Of a stretch of 13,531 bases of DNA, positions 1-7,914 are shown one piece after another; position 1 is the first letter of the stretch, and every line of letters starts with the position of its first letter. Source of the DNA: a bacterium (GTDB lineage: Bacteria > Patescibacteriota > Patescibacteriia > UBA1558 > S5-K13). The notes under the pieces were generated by a model. That model did no database searches. It worked only from the letters and a program-made list of their open reading frames with translations, and had not been told where the DNA came from. The stretch is from positions 1 through 13,531 of the forward strand of contig JAKPTO010000022.1 in NCBI GenBank assembly GCA_029555085.1, written 5' to 3'. Both the position numbers and the translations under genes were made by a program.

Positions 1-55
1 TATTAACTGCTTTAGCTCTTAATCTTGGTAAATTAGGATTAATAGTATATGCCAT
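1..55 (-). mobile_element. 5' end of a probable IS-type DDE transposase/integrase gene (runs off the window)
   Basis: The reverse strand from ATG at 55 reads MAYTINPNLPRLRAKAVN.., resembling from memory the N-terminus (M-x-Y-T-x-N-P-x-L-P-R-L-R-x-x-A-V) of HTH-DDE (IS481/IS3-like) transposases common in CPR genomes. Only 18 codons are visible. Confidence 0.55.
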
Positions 56-145
56 ACACTTTAAAGATTAATAATTATTATATTGTATATATATTTAATT
101 ATTACACTTAAAGCGTTGCCAAGCTATTGGGCTATTACGCATTGC

Positions 146-174
146 TTGACAGTATTAAATAAATATAATAAAGT
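146..174 (+). promoter_or_regulatory. sigma70-like promoter for the small ORF at 203
   Basis: TTGACA (146-151), 17-nt spacer, TAAAGT (169-174); a TATAAT also lies at 164-169. Confidence 0.5.
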
Positions 175-202
175 CATAAAAACAAAACTAATGGAGGTTA
201 GT

Positions 203-427
203 ATGATAATCCCAACCGTCGTGGCTGAAGACATCGAAGCTCAAGCAATCAAATCAGGGCGTCCTGAAGAGTTTCTAGCGGGAGTAATTATTGTTTGTCA
301 AATAACAGGAGTAGGAACAGAAAACTTAACCGCTTTTCTTAAAAAAAGTAAAATGACGAACTTTAAAAATGTAGAAAAAATTGTAAACAGAATCAAAGGA
401 GGTATAAAGTATTCTAAAAACAAATAA
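203..427 (+). CDS. small hypothetical protein (74 aa, MIIPTVVAEDIEAQ...)
   Basis: GGAGG at 193-197 precedes ATG 203, with a promoter upstream and a terminator downstream. This start is preferred over the TTG start at 83 in the ORF track. Confidence 0.65.
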   Translation: MIIPTVVAEDIEAQAIKSGRPEEFLAGVIIVCQITGVGTENLTAFLKKSKMTNFKNVEKIVNRIKGGIKYSKNK

Positions 428-432
428 TCATC

Positions 433-472
433 AAAACCTCGTCCACTAGCCGTGACGAGGTTTTCTTTTTTT
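433..472. terminator. intrinsic terminator, probably bidirectional, between convergent genes
   Basis: AAAACCTCGTC (433-443) pairs with GACGAGGTTTT (454-464), followed by a T-rich tail on +. Confidence 0.8.
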
Positions 473-479
473 ATAAAAA

Positions 480-1184
480 CTACTTATTCATATAAAATTC
501 TCTTTTCTTTTCATCAAATTTTTCAATTGCATATCTAAGCATTGTTCTTGGCATTTTTTTATAATGTTTTTTCAAAAATTCTTCTTCTTTTTTCTGATCT
601 ACTCTTTTTCCTAATTCACGCAACATCCAACCAACTGCCTTATGAATTAAATCGTGCTTATCATTTATTAAAATTTCAGCAATACTTAAAGCATCTTTTG
701 TTTCTTTATTTTTTATAAATGTAAAGCACGATATCATTGCAATTCTTTTCGTCCATAAATGATTTGATTTTGCAAATTCATATAAAATTTTTCTATCCTT
801 ATTAAGTAAATAATTTCCTACAATATTTGGAGCTGATAAATCAACTAAATCCCAATTATTTATATATTGTTTATTTTTTATATAAAGATTAAAAATATTT
901 TTTCTTTCTGTTTCCTTTTTAGATATTTCAAATTTTTTTACTAAAATTAAAAGAGCAGTTAATCTATGCTCATGGATTTTGCTATGTAATAATTTCTCCG
1001 TATCTTTTAAAGAAATATTAAAATATTTTTTTACAATTTGACGCTGAATTGGAACTTTTATTCCTAAAAAAATATCCCCTTCTCCATATTGACCAGGACC
1101 AGTTTTAAAAAATCTTTGTAAATTTTTTGCTTGATTTTTATCCTCTAAGGATTTTAATTCATTTACAAGTTTATCGTATTTCAT
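480..1184 (-). CDS. DNA alkylation repair protein, AlkD-like HEAT-repeat family
   Basis: Family motifs FFKTGPGQYGEGDIFLG, NNWDLVD, HDLIHKAVGWMLRE and MPRTMLRYAIE. Confidence 0.9.
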   Translation of the reverse strand: MKYDKLVNELKSLEDKNQAKNLQRFFKTGPGQYGEGDIFLGIKVPIQRQIVKKYFNISLKDTEKLLHSKIHEHRLTALLILVKKFEISKKETERKNIFNLYIKNKQYINNWDLVDLSAPNIVGNYLLNKDRKILYEFAKSNHLWTKRIAMISCFTFIKNKETKDALSIAEILINDKHDLIHKAVGWMLRELGKRVDQKKEEEFLKKHYKKMPRTMLRYAIEKFDEKKREFYMNK

Positions 1185-2218
1185 CTTCTATTTTTCAATT
1201 TATCGTACTTATCTTCATAATAATTTATTTGATCTACCATACTGCTCTCAAATTCAAATTGCTCCACCGGAGCATGTCTGAAATAAAAATTATCATATTC
1301 CATAATATCCAAAAGATATCCTGCCGCTTCTTCTGGAGTTTTTATAAAATTCGGAATACAATTTTTATTTTGTAAAAAAACAACATAATCTTTGGCTACT
1401 ACATAACCTCTCTGAAATGCCCTGTCCAAATGAACAGCCATCCAAAAGGGACTAATGAAATAATCTTCATAGCACCAGTCACCCACATTTTCTATTGTTG
1501 CATCTCCATATTTATTTATTTCTTCGGAGTACAACCTTACCGCCTTAGTTAATTGTTTATATTTTGGAACACTATAACTTTCATCAAATTCATATTGAGT
1601 TATCCTAATAACATGCCTTATTGTATCCATCAAACATTGTCTTGTTAAAATAATCTCATCTTCTTTAGCAATTATTTCATTTATAGTAAAATCTCTGGTT
1701 TCAAAATAATCATCCAAATCTAATGCCAGCTCAACCCCATCACCGTATTCAAAATCTTCTGGCATAAATTCTTTGGCAATCTCATTATCCGAGGCCTCAA
1801 AATCTCCATCATTAGATATTCTAACAATATCAATATCTCTTGGTTTTTCATTTTTTTCATCTAAAAAATTTATTTTCAGCAAAGCTCTCGCTGCCCCACC
1901 TTTATAAGCATATCCATTTGGTAATTTTTTATCGTGAAAAGAATTCTCAATCTTAATATGAAACAATCCAGTTTCTTTGTCTTCGAAAATATTCTTACTC
2001 TCTATTGGTATTCCATACTCCTTTAATAAATTTAAAATACTCGAATCGTTAACAAGATTCTCTCTTTTTGTAACATCTTCTAATAATTCTTGCCTATCCG
2101 ATAAATCAATCTCTAGTTTATCACCCAAATTTTTTTCTAAAAATTTTACTAAATTTTGTATTGGATCTGCGTCGTAAATTAGAGGAATTTTTTCATACTT
2201 ATTCATAATTAAGATCAC
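1181..2218 (-). CDS. divergent class II nucleotidyltransferase (CCA-adding/poly(A) polymerase head-domain-like)
   Basis: YKGGAARALL..PRDIDIV (motif A, GG..R..DxD), TRDFTINEI (motif B, RRDFTIN) and LTKAVRL (cf. LRAxRF). The start may be the ATG at 2206 rather than 2218. Confidence 0.7.
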   Translation of the reverse strand: MILIMNKYEKIPLIYDADPIQNLVKFLEKNLGDKLEIDLSDRQELLEDVTKRENLVNDSSILNLLKEYGIPIESKNIFEDKETGLFHIKIENSFHDKKLPNGYAYKGGAARALLKINFLDEKNEKPRDIDIVRISNDGDFEASDNEIAKEFMPEDFEYGDGVELALDLDDYFETRDFTINEIIAKEDEIILTRQCLMDTIRHVIRITQYEFDESYSVPKYKQLTKAVRLYSEEINKYGDATIENVGDWCYEDYFISPFWMAVHLDRAFQRGYVVAKDYVVFLQNKNCIPNFIKTPEEAAGYLLDIMEYDNFYFRHAPVEQFEFESSMVDQINYYEDKYDKLKNRR

Positions 2219-2661
2219 TTAATATTCGTGTTTCTAAACACAACAAAAAGTCCGATTATTATAATTATATATGGCCATAAAATACGCCAATTAAACAAGT
2301 AATAAAAGTGGACGGGAAAATACATTTTCAATATATATACTAATCCCACTAAAATCATTGCGAATCCTAAAAAAATTTTTACGCTTCTTTTTCTATTGAT
2401 TTCTTCTATGGTGTCGTCTATTTCTTGTTTTGAAGAATCTTCTTTTATGCCTCTCTCAAGTGGTATGAGAATTGCTAAAATTAAATATAAAACTAATCCA
2501 AATCCACTAAAAAATGTAAAAGTAATAAAAAGTATTCTTATAATCCAGGAATCTATTTCAAAATAAACTCCAAGACCACCACTAATTCCTAATATTACTC
2601 TATCATGTCTTGAACGATATAGTTTTTTTATTGGCAAATTAGGCTTTTTTGTTTCTTCCAT
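2215..2661 (-). CDS. PspC domain-containing membrane protein with LiaI/LiaF-like C-terminal TM segments
   Basis: KKLYRSRHDRVILGISGGLGVYFEID..IIRILF..LYLILAILIP is the PspC signature; the C-terminal LWPYIIIIIGL is a LiaF-like TM motif. Confidence 0.88.
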   Translation of the reverse strand: MEETKKPNLPIKKLYRSRHDRVILGISGGLGVYFEIDSWIIRILFITFTFFSGFGLVLYLILAILIPLERGIKEDSSKQEIDDTIEEINRKRSVKIFLGFAMILVGLVYILKMYFPVHFYYLFNWRILWPYIIIIIGLFVVFRNTNIK

Positions 2662-2666
2662 ATTTT

Positions 2667-4196
2667 TTATTGTTTAATTAAGTAAATTGCATAATTAAGT
2701 TGGGCATCAACATTTGAATTATCTGGATTTTTGACAATTACATCTGGATTGATTCCATTTTTTTCTATAGATCTTTTATTGGGAGTGAGCCAAAAAGCTG
2801 TTGTAATCTTAATTGAAGATCCGTCTTGCATGGTTAAAAGCTCTTGTATGCTACCTTTTCCAAAAGTTTTTTCGCCCACTATGGTCGCTAATTTATAATC
2901 CTGTAACGCTCCTGCTAAAATTTCTGAAGCAGATGCTGAACCTTCATTTACTAAAACTATTGTTTTTTTATTTTTTAACATTGCATCATTATCAGAAGTA
3001 AAAACAATTTCAGATCCTTCTGTTTTGTTTTTTTGTATAACAACAACATCGTGATCTACCCAAAGTCCTGAAATTTTAATAGCCATATCTAAATATCCAC
3101 CGGGATTATTTCTTAAATCTATTATAAATCTGTTAGCTCCTCGATTTGTCAATTCATTTATAGCTTTAACTGTCAAGTCATAACTATCAGAACCAAAACT
3201 TGTAATTTTTATATAACCAACTTCGTCCTTTAATCCATAAGAAACATTATTAATGTGAATTTTGGCTCTCACTATATTTAAAACTACTTCTGTATTATCT
3301 AAATGTCTAATTTTTAAAGAAACACTTGTGCCAGCAGCTCCTCTTATTAGGCTGACAACTTTATCAAGAGTCATACCCGTAGTTGATTGTCCATTAACCT
3401 CCAAAATCATATCTCCTGATTTTATTCCTGCGTTTTTTGCTGGGCTATCATCAATTGGCGCAACAACTGTTATATAACCATTTTTCAAATCAAGTTGAGC
3501 ACCAATTCCTTCTAAATCGCCAGTAAGCTGAGTCATAAATATATCTGAATCATTTTTTGTCATATAAATAGAATAATCATCTTCTAAAGAAGAAACCATT
3601 CCAGATATTGCTCCTTCAAGCATTTTATTATAATCAATATTCCCAGCATATTTTGATTTTATAAAACCCCATATATCATAAAACTTTTGAAAATTAACAT
3701 CCGTTGGTTCATTTAATTGTTTCACGGTTATGTTTAATGCCTGATTTATAATTTTATTACCACTTTCATCAAATTTTACCAAATCCATTGTATTAAAATC
3801 TGACTGAGTAATTGTTTGTGAAATTTTACTCAAATCAATTTCTAAAGTTCTGGTTTTTATTTCATGCGCTATACCGTTAAAATCTATATAAAACAACTTT
3901 CCTTTTCCAGTTACTTCTAATAATAATTTTCCCTTATATTTATTTAATAAAGTTTTATTATTTAATATTTTTGAAATTTCCGTATCTTTTAAACCAATCG
4001 TGATTGTTTTAAATAATTTTGCAAAATTATTTTTTGTAACTTCGTAAATTGCACTATTCTTTGGATTTACATAATAAAATTTATTATTATCATTTTCTAA
4101 TAAAAATTTTCCATCATAAATACTTGAAGCAAAGGTTAAATAAAATGGAAAAATTAAAATTGATAAAAATAATCCGATTTTTAAATATTTTTTCAT
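2667..4196 (-). CDS. ctpA: S41 family carboxy-terminal processing protease (PDZ + S41) with signal peptide and N-terminal repeat extension
   Basis: GIGA and DSPAKNAGIKSGD (PDZ), DLRNNPGG, catalytic SASASEI and TFGKGSIQ motifs, and a hydrophobic N-terminal signal. Confidence 0.93.
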   Translation of the reverse strand: MKKYLKIGLFLSILIFPFYLTFASSIYDGKFLLENDNNKFYYVNPKNSAIYEVTKNNFAKLFKTITIGLKDTEISKILNNKTLLNKYKGKLLLEVTGKGKLFYIDFNGIAHEIKTRTLEIDLSKISQTITQSDFNTMDLVKFDESGNKIINQALNITVKQLNEPTDVNFQKFYDIWGFIKSKYAGNIDYNKMLEGAISGMVSSLEDDYSIYMTKNDSDIFMTQLTGDLEGIGAQLDLKNGYITVVAPIDDSPAKNAGIKSGDMILEVNGQSTTGMTLDKVVSLIRGAAGTSVSLKIRHLDNTEVVLNIVRAKIHINNVSYGLKDEVGYIKITSFGSDSYDLTVKAINELTNRGANRFIIDLRNNPGGYLDMAIKISGLWVDHDVVVIQKNKTEGSEIVFTSDNDAMLKNKKTIVLVNEGSASASEILAGALQDYKLATIVGEKTFGKGSIQELLTMQDGSSIKITTAFWLTPNKRSIEKNGINPDVIVKNPDNSNVDAQLNYAIYLIKQ

Positions 4197-4253
4197 ATTT
4201 ATTATTGTTTAATTTTTAGTATATATAATTATAGCAAACAATTCTAGATAAAT

Positions 4254-4282
4254 AAAAAGCTAGGTTTCTCAAGACCTAGCTT
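4254..4282 (-). terminator. intrinsic terminator for the 4292-4513 gene
   Basis: AAGCTAGGT (4257-4265) pairs with ACCTAGCTT (4274-4282); it is followed by a T-run on the minus strand and lies 10 nt after the stop. Confidence 0.8.
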
Positions 4283-4291
4283 AAATGAGTT

Positions 4292-4513
4292 TTATTTATA
4301 CTTCCCACTTTGGGATGGGAGGCGTTTGTCTGGTTTGCTATTATGACAATTTTGACACGAACCGCGTCCCTTGTTACAACCACAAGTTGATTTTTCTAAT
4401 TTTCCTGAAGAGTCAAGAAAATTTTGAGTGTCTTTTGTTGGTTGTTCAACAATTCCAGGCAAAACAGGATCCACCTCAAAGTTTGGAATTCCGATGCTTT
4501 TACTTTTACTCAT
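4292..4513 (-). CDS. small 73-aa protein with a CxC-x7-CxxCH cluster
   Basis: GGAGG RBS 7 nt before the ATG, upstream promoter and downstream terminator; contains TCGCNKGRGSCQNCH. Confidence 0.75.
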   Translation of the reverse strand: MSKSKSIGIPNFEVDPVLPGIVEQPTKDTQNFLDSSGKLEKSTCGCNKGRGSCQNCHNSKPDKRLPSQSGKYK

Positions 4514-4544
4514 TTTTTTCCTCCATTAAATTTTACTAAAACTA

Positions 4545-4573
4545 AAATTACTAAAATATAAATAATTTGTCAA
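4545..4573 (-). promoter_or_regulatory. sigma70-like promoter for the 73-aa gene
   Basis: Minus strand TTGACA (4573-4568), 17 nt, TAATTT (4550-4545). Confidence 0.55.
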
Positions 4574-4800
4574 CAATAAAACATTCTCAACAATAAGAAC
4601 GCAATCTTATTTTACTATTTTTTACAAAGTCAAAACATTGATGACGAATTTTAAAAATTTCTGAATTATTCAAGTATAAATTATTAAAAAAATAATCCAT
4701 AAACATACTTATCGTTAATTTTTATAAAATAAACATCTGTTTACAAAAATATTCTTTTATATTAATATTCTTACATAAAACTTAAAAATTAGGAGGAAAA

Positions 4801-5511
4801 ATGGAAAAGACCGATGTCGAAAAAAGGTTATCAGAAATATATGGCATCCTAATCAATAACGAATTGAGGGAATATTCAAATTATTTGAGACAAAAGGAAT
4901 CTCAACTGATTGAATATGTTAGGGATAAAAAAATTCATCCTAAAAATATTCTGCCAGTAATTCCAGTTACAGATACAATTGACAAACAACTGGAATTAGC
5001 AGAGTCAAATTTCCCTCAATTTTCTCTAGATGCAGATTTGTGCAAAAAACCAAATAAGGATTGTCCGAAATTCAAAAGACCATCAATCGCCCAATGTGAA
5101 TATTTAGAATATTTCAAAGACATTCCAAAAACACCACAACAAGCATATTTTGCAGTAGAAAAAAATGTTTTTTGTAGTCCAGCCACGCCTGCTTATTTAA
5201 GAGAAAAGGCTCGTAGCTCACAAAACAATGGTGAAGATGGATTAATGACAATGTTTGAAGTATTTGCTTTTATGGCTTTTGGGTCTTTTAATGATGTCTT
5301 TAAGAGTCAAAACTTTGAATCTCTTTATATCTTAAATTCATATTTGGCCGAAAATGATAATCATAGAATAATTTTGGAAATCATCAATAGAAATGGCTTT
5401 CCAGCGATAATTCTCCATGAAGAAGAAATAAACAGAAAACACCATTATGGTTATACACGCGATGGAATTGGGACAGTCAATATGGTGTCCACAGTTGAAA
5501 TAAGAATTTAA
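4801..5511 (+). CDS. hypothetical protein, possibly a distant DUF5701-like protein
   Basis: 236-aa ORF with AGGAGG RBS and a terminator. The pattern LPVIP...DIPKTP..AY...SP...LMTMFEVFA recalls DUF5701 proteins from memory; the family call is weak. Confidence 0.7.
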   Translation: MEKTDVEKRLSEIYGILINNELREYSNYLRQKESQLIEYVRDKKIHPKNILPVIPVTDTIDKQLELAESNFPQFSLDADLCKKPNKDCPKFKRPSIAQCEYLEYFKDIPKTPQQAYFAVEKNVFCSPATPAYLREKARSSQNNGEDGLMTMFEVFAFMAFGSFNDVFKSQNFESLYILNSYLAENDNHRIILEIINRNGFPAIILHEEEINRKHHYGYTRDGIGTVNMVSTVEIRI

Positions 5512-5514
5512 TAT

Positions 5515-5542
5515 AAAGGAGCATTTATATGCTCCTTTTTTT
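5515..5542 (+). terminator. intrinsic terminator
   Basis: AAAGGAGCAT (5515-5524), TTAT loop, ATGCTCCTTT (5529-5538), continuing into a T-run directly after the stop at 5511. Confidence 0.85.
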
Positions 5543-5563
5543 GTATCAATATATCAAAAATAA

Positions 5564-6004
5564 TTATTTAATATAAAATTTTCCTAATTTATAATTTTCT
5601 AAAACCTTTGCACTTGGAAAATACATTGGACTTGGCAGATTATCAATATCAAACCAATTCCACTCTGTAATTTCATCTGGTTCCATTACCTTTGCTTCAC
5701 CTTCAAAATCCTCAGATATTAACCCAATTGTAACAAAATGCGCTGTCTCAACAATATCATTATTTACACATATTACTTCAACATTATTTAACTTAATTCC
5801 AGTTTCTTCCATTGTTTCTCTTTTTCCGCCATCTTCAAATGATTCAGCAAAATGTAACTTTCCACCCGGCATAGTCCAGCACCCTGCTCCATTTAATAAG
5901 CTAGACGCTTTTTCTGGATCTTCGTGTCTTTTTCCAAGTAAAACTTTTCCATCTTTAAGTAACATTACTCCAAAACCAACACCAACTTTTTTGTTTTCTT
6001 CCAT
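5564..6004 (-). CDS. Nudix hydrolase (NUDT15/MutT-like)
   Basis: Nudix box GGKLHFAESFEDGGKRETMEETG; VGVGFGV, HFVTIG and MEPDEITEWNWF are typical of the NUDT15-like group. Confidence 0.92.
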   Translation of the reverse strand: MEENKKVGVGFGVMLLKDGKVLLGKRHEDPEKASSLLNGAGCWTMPGGKLHFAESFEDGGKRETMEETGIKLNNVEVICVNNDIVETAHFVTIGLISEDFEGEAKVMEPDEITEWNWFDIDNLPSPMYFPSAKVLENYKLGKFYIK

Positions 6005-6105
6005 ATATTTATTTTTCGAGTAAGACTCGATTTTAATTATTATTTATGATTATCTATAATTGAAAAATGCAAACTTTTTTAACATTACAATCATAACAAA
6101 ATTAC

Positions 6106-6143
6106 AAAAAAAGAAAAGAGTGGTAGCATTTTAGCTACCACTC
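6106..6143 (-). terminator. intrinsic terminator ending the radical SAM operon
   Basis: GAGTGGTAGC (6118-6127) pairs perfectly with GCTACCACTC (6134-6143); a long T-tract follows on the minus strand. Confidence 0.88.
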
Positions 6144-6157
6144 AAGTAAGATCATAA

Positions 6158-7153
6158 CTATTTGTCTTTTGTGTTTTTCATATATATATGGGCAAGTTGA
6201 CCACAGCAAAGCCCAGCTTCTTCACACTTGGCAATCGTGTCGACGACGACATTGAGACCTAAATTGCGAATTTCATCTCCCTTTTGTTTTAACAAGTCGA
6301 AATTACGATAATTCGCAAATGTCTTTAGGCCATCTCTGTGGCCACGCGTCGTTTTATTGAGGGGAATTAACTTGACCACAAATTTCTCTGGATCTAGTCC
6401 TTTGAGTTTGTCAGGTTTGAGCTCCCAACCCTCTCCACAAATAAAATTGAGAGTTATTGTTCTATTCGTGATGGTCTGTTTATCAAAGAATTCGATAAGA
6501 CGATCTAAAGAAACGACTTTCGCTCCGTGAAAAAGCCAACGTCGTTCATCTTCATTTGTCGAATTGATTGACAATTGAAAATGGAGAAACCCGTCGAATA
6601 TCTCCTCTTTGACACGCAAAACTTCTTTTAAAATCTCAAAGGGACCGACTCCGTCAATTATCGTATCGGGCACGATTGAATTATAACACGGCAAAAAACG
6701 GAAATCACCCCAACGATGATTCTTGAGGTAGTGAATCGCCTTAAGCACATTACTCCAATTGAGAGCCGGTTCACCCATACGAGCGAATCCAATTTTTGCT
6801 TTTTGTGTTTTTCGAACATGTGGCGATTCTCGGATAATCAAATCAATCTGTTCTATGATCTGCTCCGCGCTCAAGTTACCACGAAACGGTAAAAGTGGCA
6901 CATCGCAAAAACGGCATTGATAGCCACAACCGAATTGCGTCGAAACAGTCATTAACCATTTTTGTTCGTGAGGGACAAGATTTGCTCGAATCAAATCCAC
7001 ATCATCAGTGACAAGAACCTGAGGATTCTCCTTTCCGGTAACATCCTGCATCTCCGTGCATTCCACGATATATGGATCACCCTTCGAATCAATCGTCTCG
7101 CAAATAAAAATTCTGCCACTCGGCAGTTCAACTATATCTTTCAGGGTTATCAT
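6158..7153 (-). CDS. RlmN/Cfr-like radical SAM enzyme (divergent, 331 aa)
   Basis: VSTQFGCGYQCRFC (CxxxCxxC), GNLSAEQIIEQI, ARMGEP (cf. MGMGEP), QLSINS, KLIPLN and C-terminal CCGQL (cf. AACGQL). Start placed at ATG 7153 behind an AAGGAG RBS. Confidence 0.85.
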   Translation of the reverse strand: MITLKDIVELPSGRIFICETIDSKGDPYIVECTEMQDVTGKENPQVLVTDDVDLIRANLVPHEQKWLMTVSTQFGCGYQCRFCDVPLLPFRGNLSAEQIIEQIDLIIRESPHVRKTQKAKIGFARMGEPALNWSNVLKAIHYLKNHRWGDFRFLPCYNSIVPDTIIDGVGPFEILKEVLRVKEEIFDGFLHFQLSINSTNEDERRWLFHGAKVVSLDRLIEFFDKQTITNRTITLNFICGEGWELKPDKLKGLDPEKFVVKLIPLNKTTRGHRDGLKTFANYRNFDLLKQKGDEIRNLGLNVVVDTIAKCEEAGLCCGQLAHIYMKNTKDK

Positions 7154-7877
7154 TGTTTCTTCTCCTTTCTTTTCTTTGAAATTCACGAGCCAAAGTTGTG
7201 GCTTCGTAGTCATCATAAACAAGATTATCTGGCATGAAGTAGTAATTGTACTCCCCATCTTCCAAAAAACAAACATTTGGAAATTCACTTGATAGCGTCT
7301 TCCGTATGTTATCGAAATCATTAACAACACCACGACATTCCCGTACTGTCAGTTTAGGAACGAACGAATAAAACTTAATCCATTGCCGAACCCAATCCAC
7401 GCCTTGACCCACATAGACCACTACTGCTCTTAAGTGAGAAAATTTCAGAAGTCTTTCCAGTTCTTCTTTACGAACTTCTGAAATAGTATGCGTGGACACC
7501 ACCACCTGATGAAAACCAAGCGACTCAATCACTGCCAATTTATCAAGCAAATCTTCGTTTGTGTGAAGATCAACCTGACGACCGTGATTGTTGCAAATAG
7601 CAATAATTTTTTTAAGCGTTGGGAGATTTTCCTCTAAATTAAACAATGGGTCACCACCACCGGAAACTGAAACTTTCAGCCCAGTAAATTGCCCAATACA
7701 CCAATTCAAATAATCCCAGTCAATCGCTTGTCTCTTTTGCTTCAACCTATGGTTGGCAAAAGCACAAAAAAAACATTGCCTTGCGCAACCAAAATTGGTG
7801 ACAATGGAAAAATTCCTGCTTTGACAACACAAAGTATTATCAGGCTCAGATTTCTCCTTTCGCACCTGTATCGTCAT
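7128..7877 (-). CDS. short radical SAM superfamily protein (249 aa, no SPASM domain)
   Basis: SIVTNFGCARQCFFC (CxxxCxxC), SVSGGGDPL (GGEP variant) and LHTN. AAGGAGG RBS; overlaps the downstream gene by 26 nt. Confidence 0.88.
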   Translation of the reverse strand: MTIQVRKEKSEPDNTLCCQSRNFSIVTNFGCARQCFFCAFANHRLKQKRQAIDWDYLNWCIGQFTGLKVSVSGGGDPLFNLEENLPTLKKIIAICNNHGRQVDLHTNEDLLDKLAVIESLGFHQVVVSTHTISEVRKEELERLLKFSHLRAVVVYVGQGVDWVRQWIKFYSFVPKLTVRECRGVVNDFDNIRKTLSSEFPNVCFLEDGEYNYYFMPDNLVYDDYEATTLAREFQRKERRRNNDNPERYS

Positions 7878-7914
7878 GATTATTCCTCCTTATTATTTGA
7901 TTTGTAAATTTTTA

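Noticed and set aside
83-202. Longer TTG start for the first ORF
   Set aside because: It spans the promoter region; GGAGG supports ATG 203.
4535-4556. Short (A)CTAAAA tandem repeats
   Set aside because: Low-complexity AT-rich sequence; not distinguishable from chance.
5564-6004. Nudix hydrolase as a member of the radical SAM/NMNAT module
   Set aside because: Tempting because NadM-Nudix pairs are known, but a strong terminator separates it and it has host-like AT content and no SD.
6016-6030. TCGAGT-AAG-ACTCGA hairpin just upstream of the Nudix start
   Set aside because: Only a 6-bp stem; it could be an operator but has no independent support.
6005-6160. attR direct repeat of the tRNA-Val 3' end bounding the islet
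   Set aside because: No copy of TGGTGGGCATG or the T arm was found by eye and no integrase is present, so site-specific integration is unproven.
7154-7333. 60-aa N-terminal extension of the RlmN-like ORF given in the ORF track
   Set aside because: It lies inside the upstream radical SAM gene in another frame; a good RBS precedes ATG 7153.
7128-7877. Prokaryotic viperin or QueE assignment
   Set aside because: It lacks the viperin CNYxCxFCF/H and QueE CNLxCxxCDT contexts; left unassigned.
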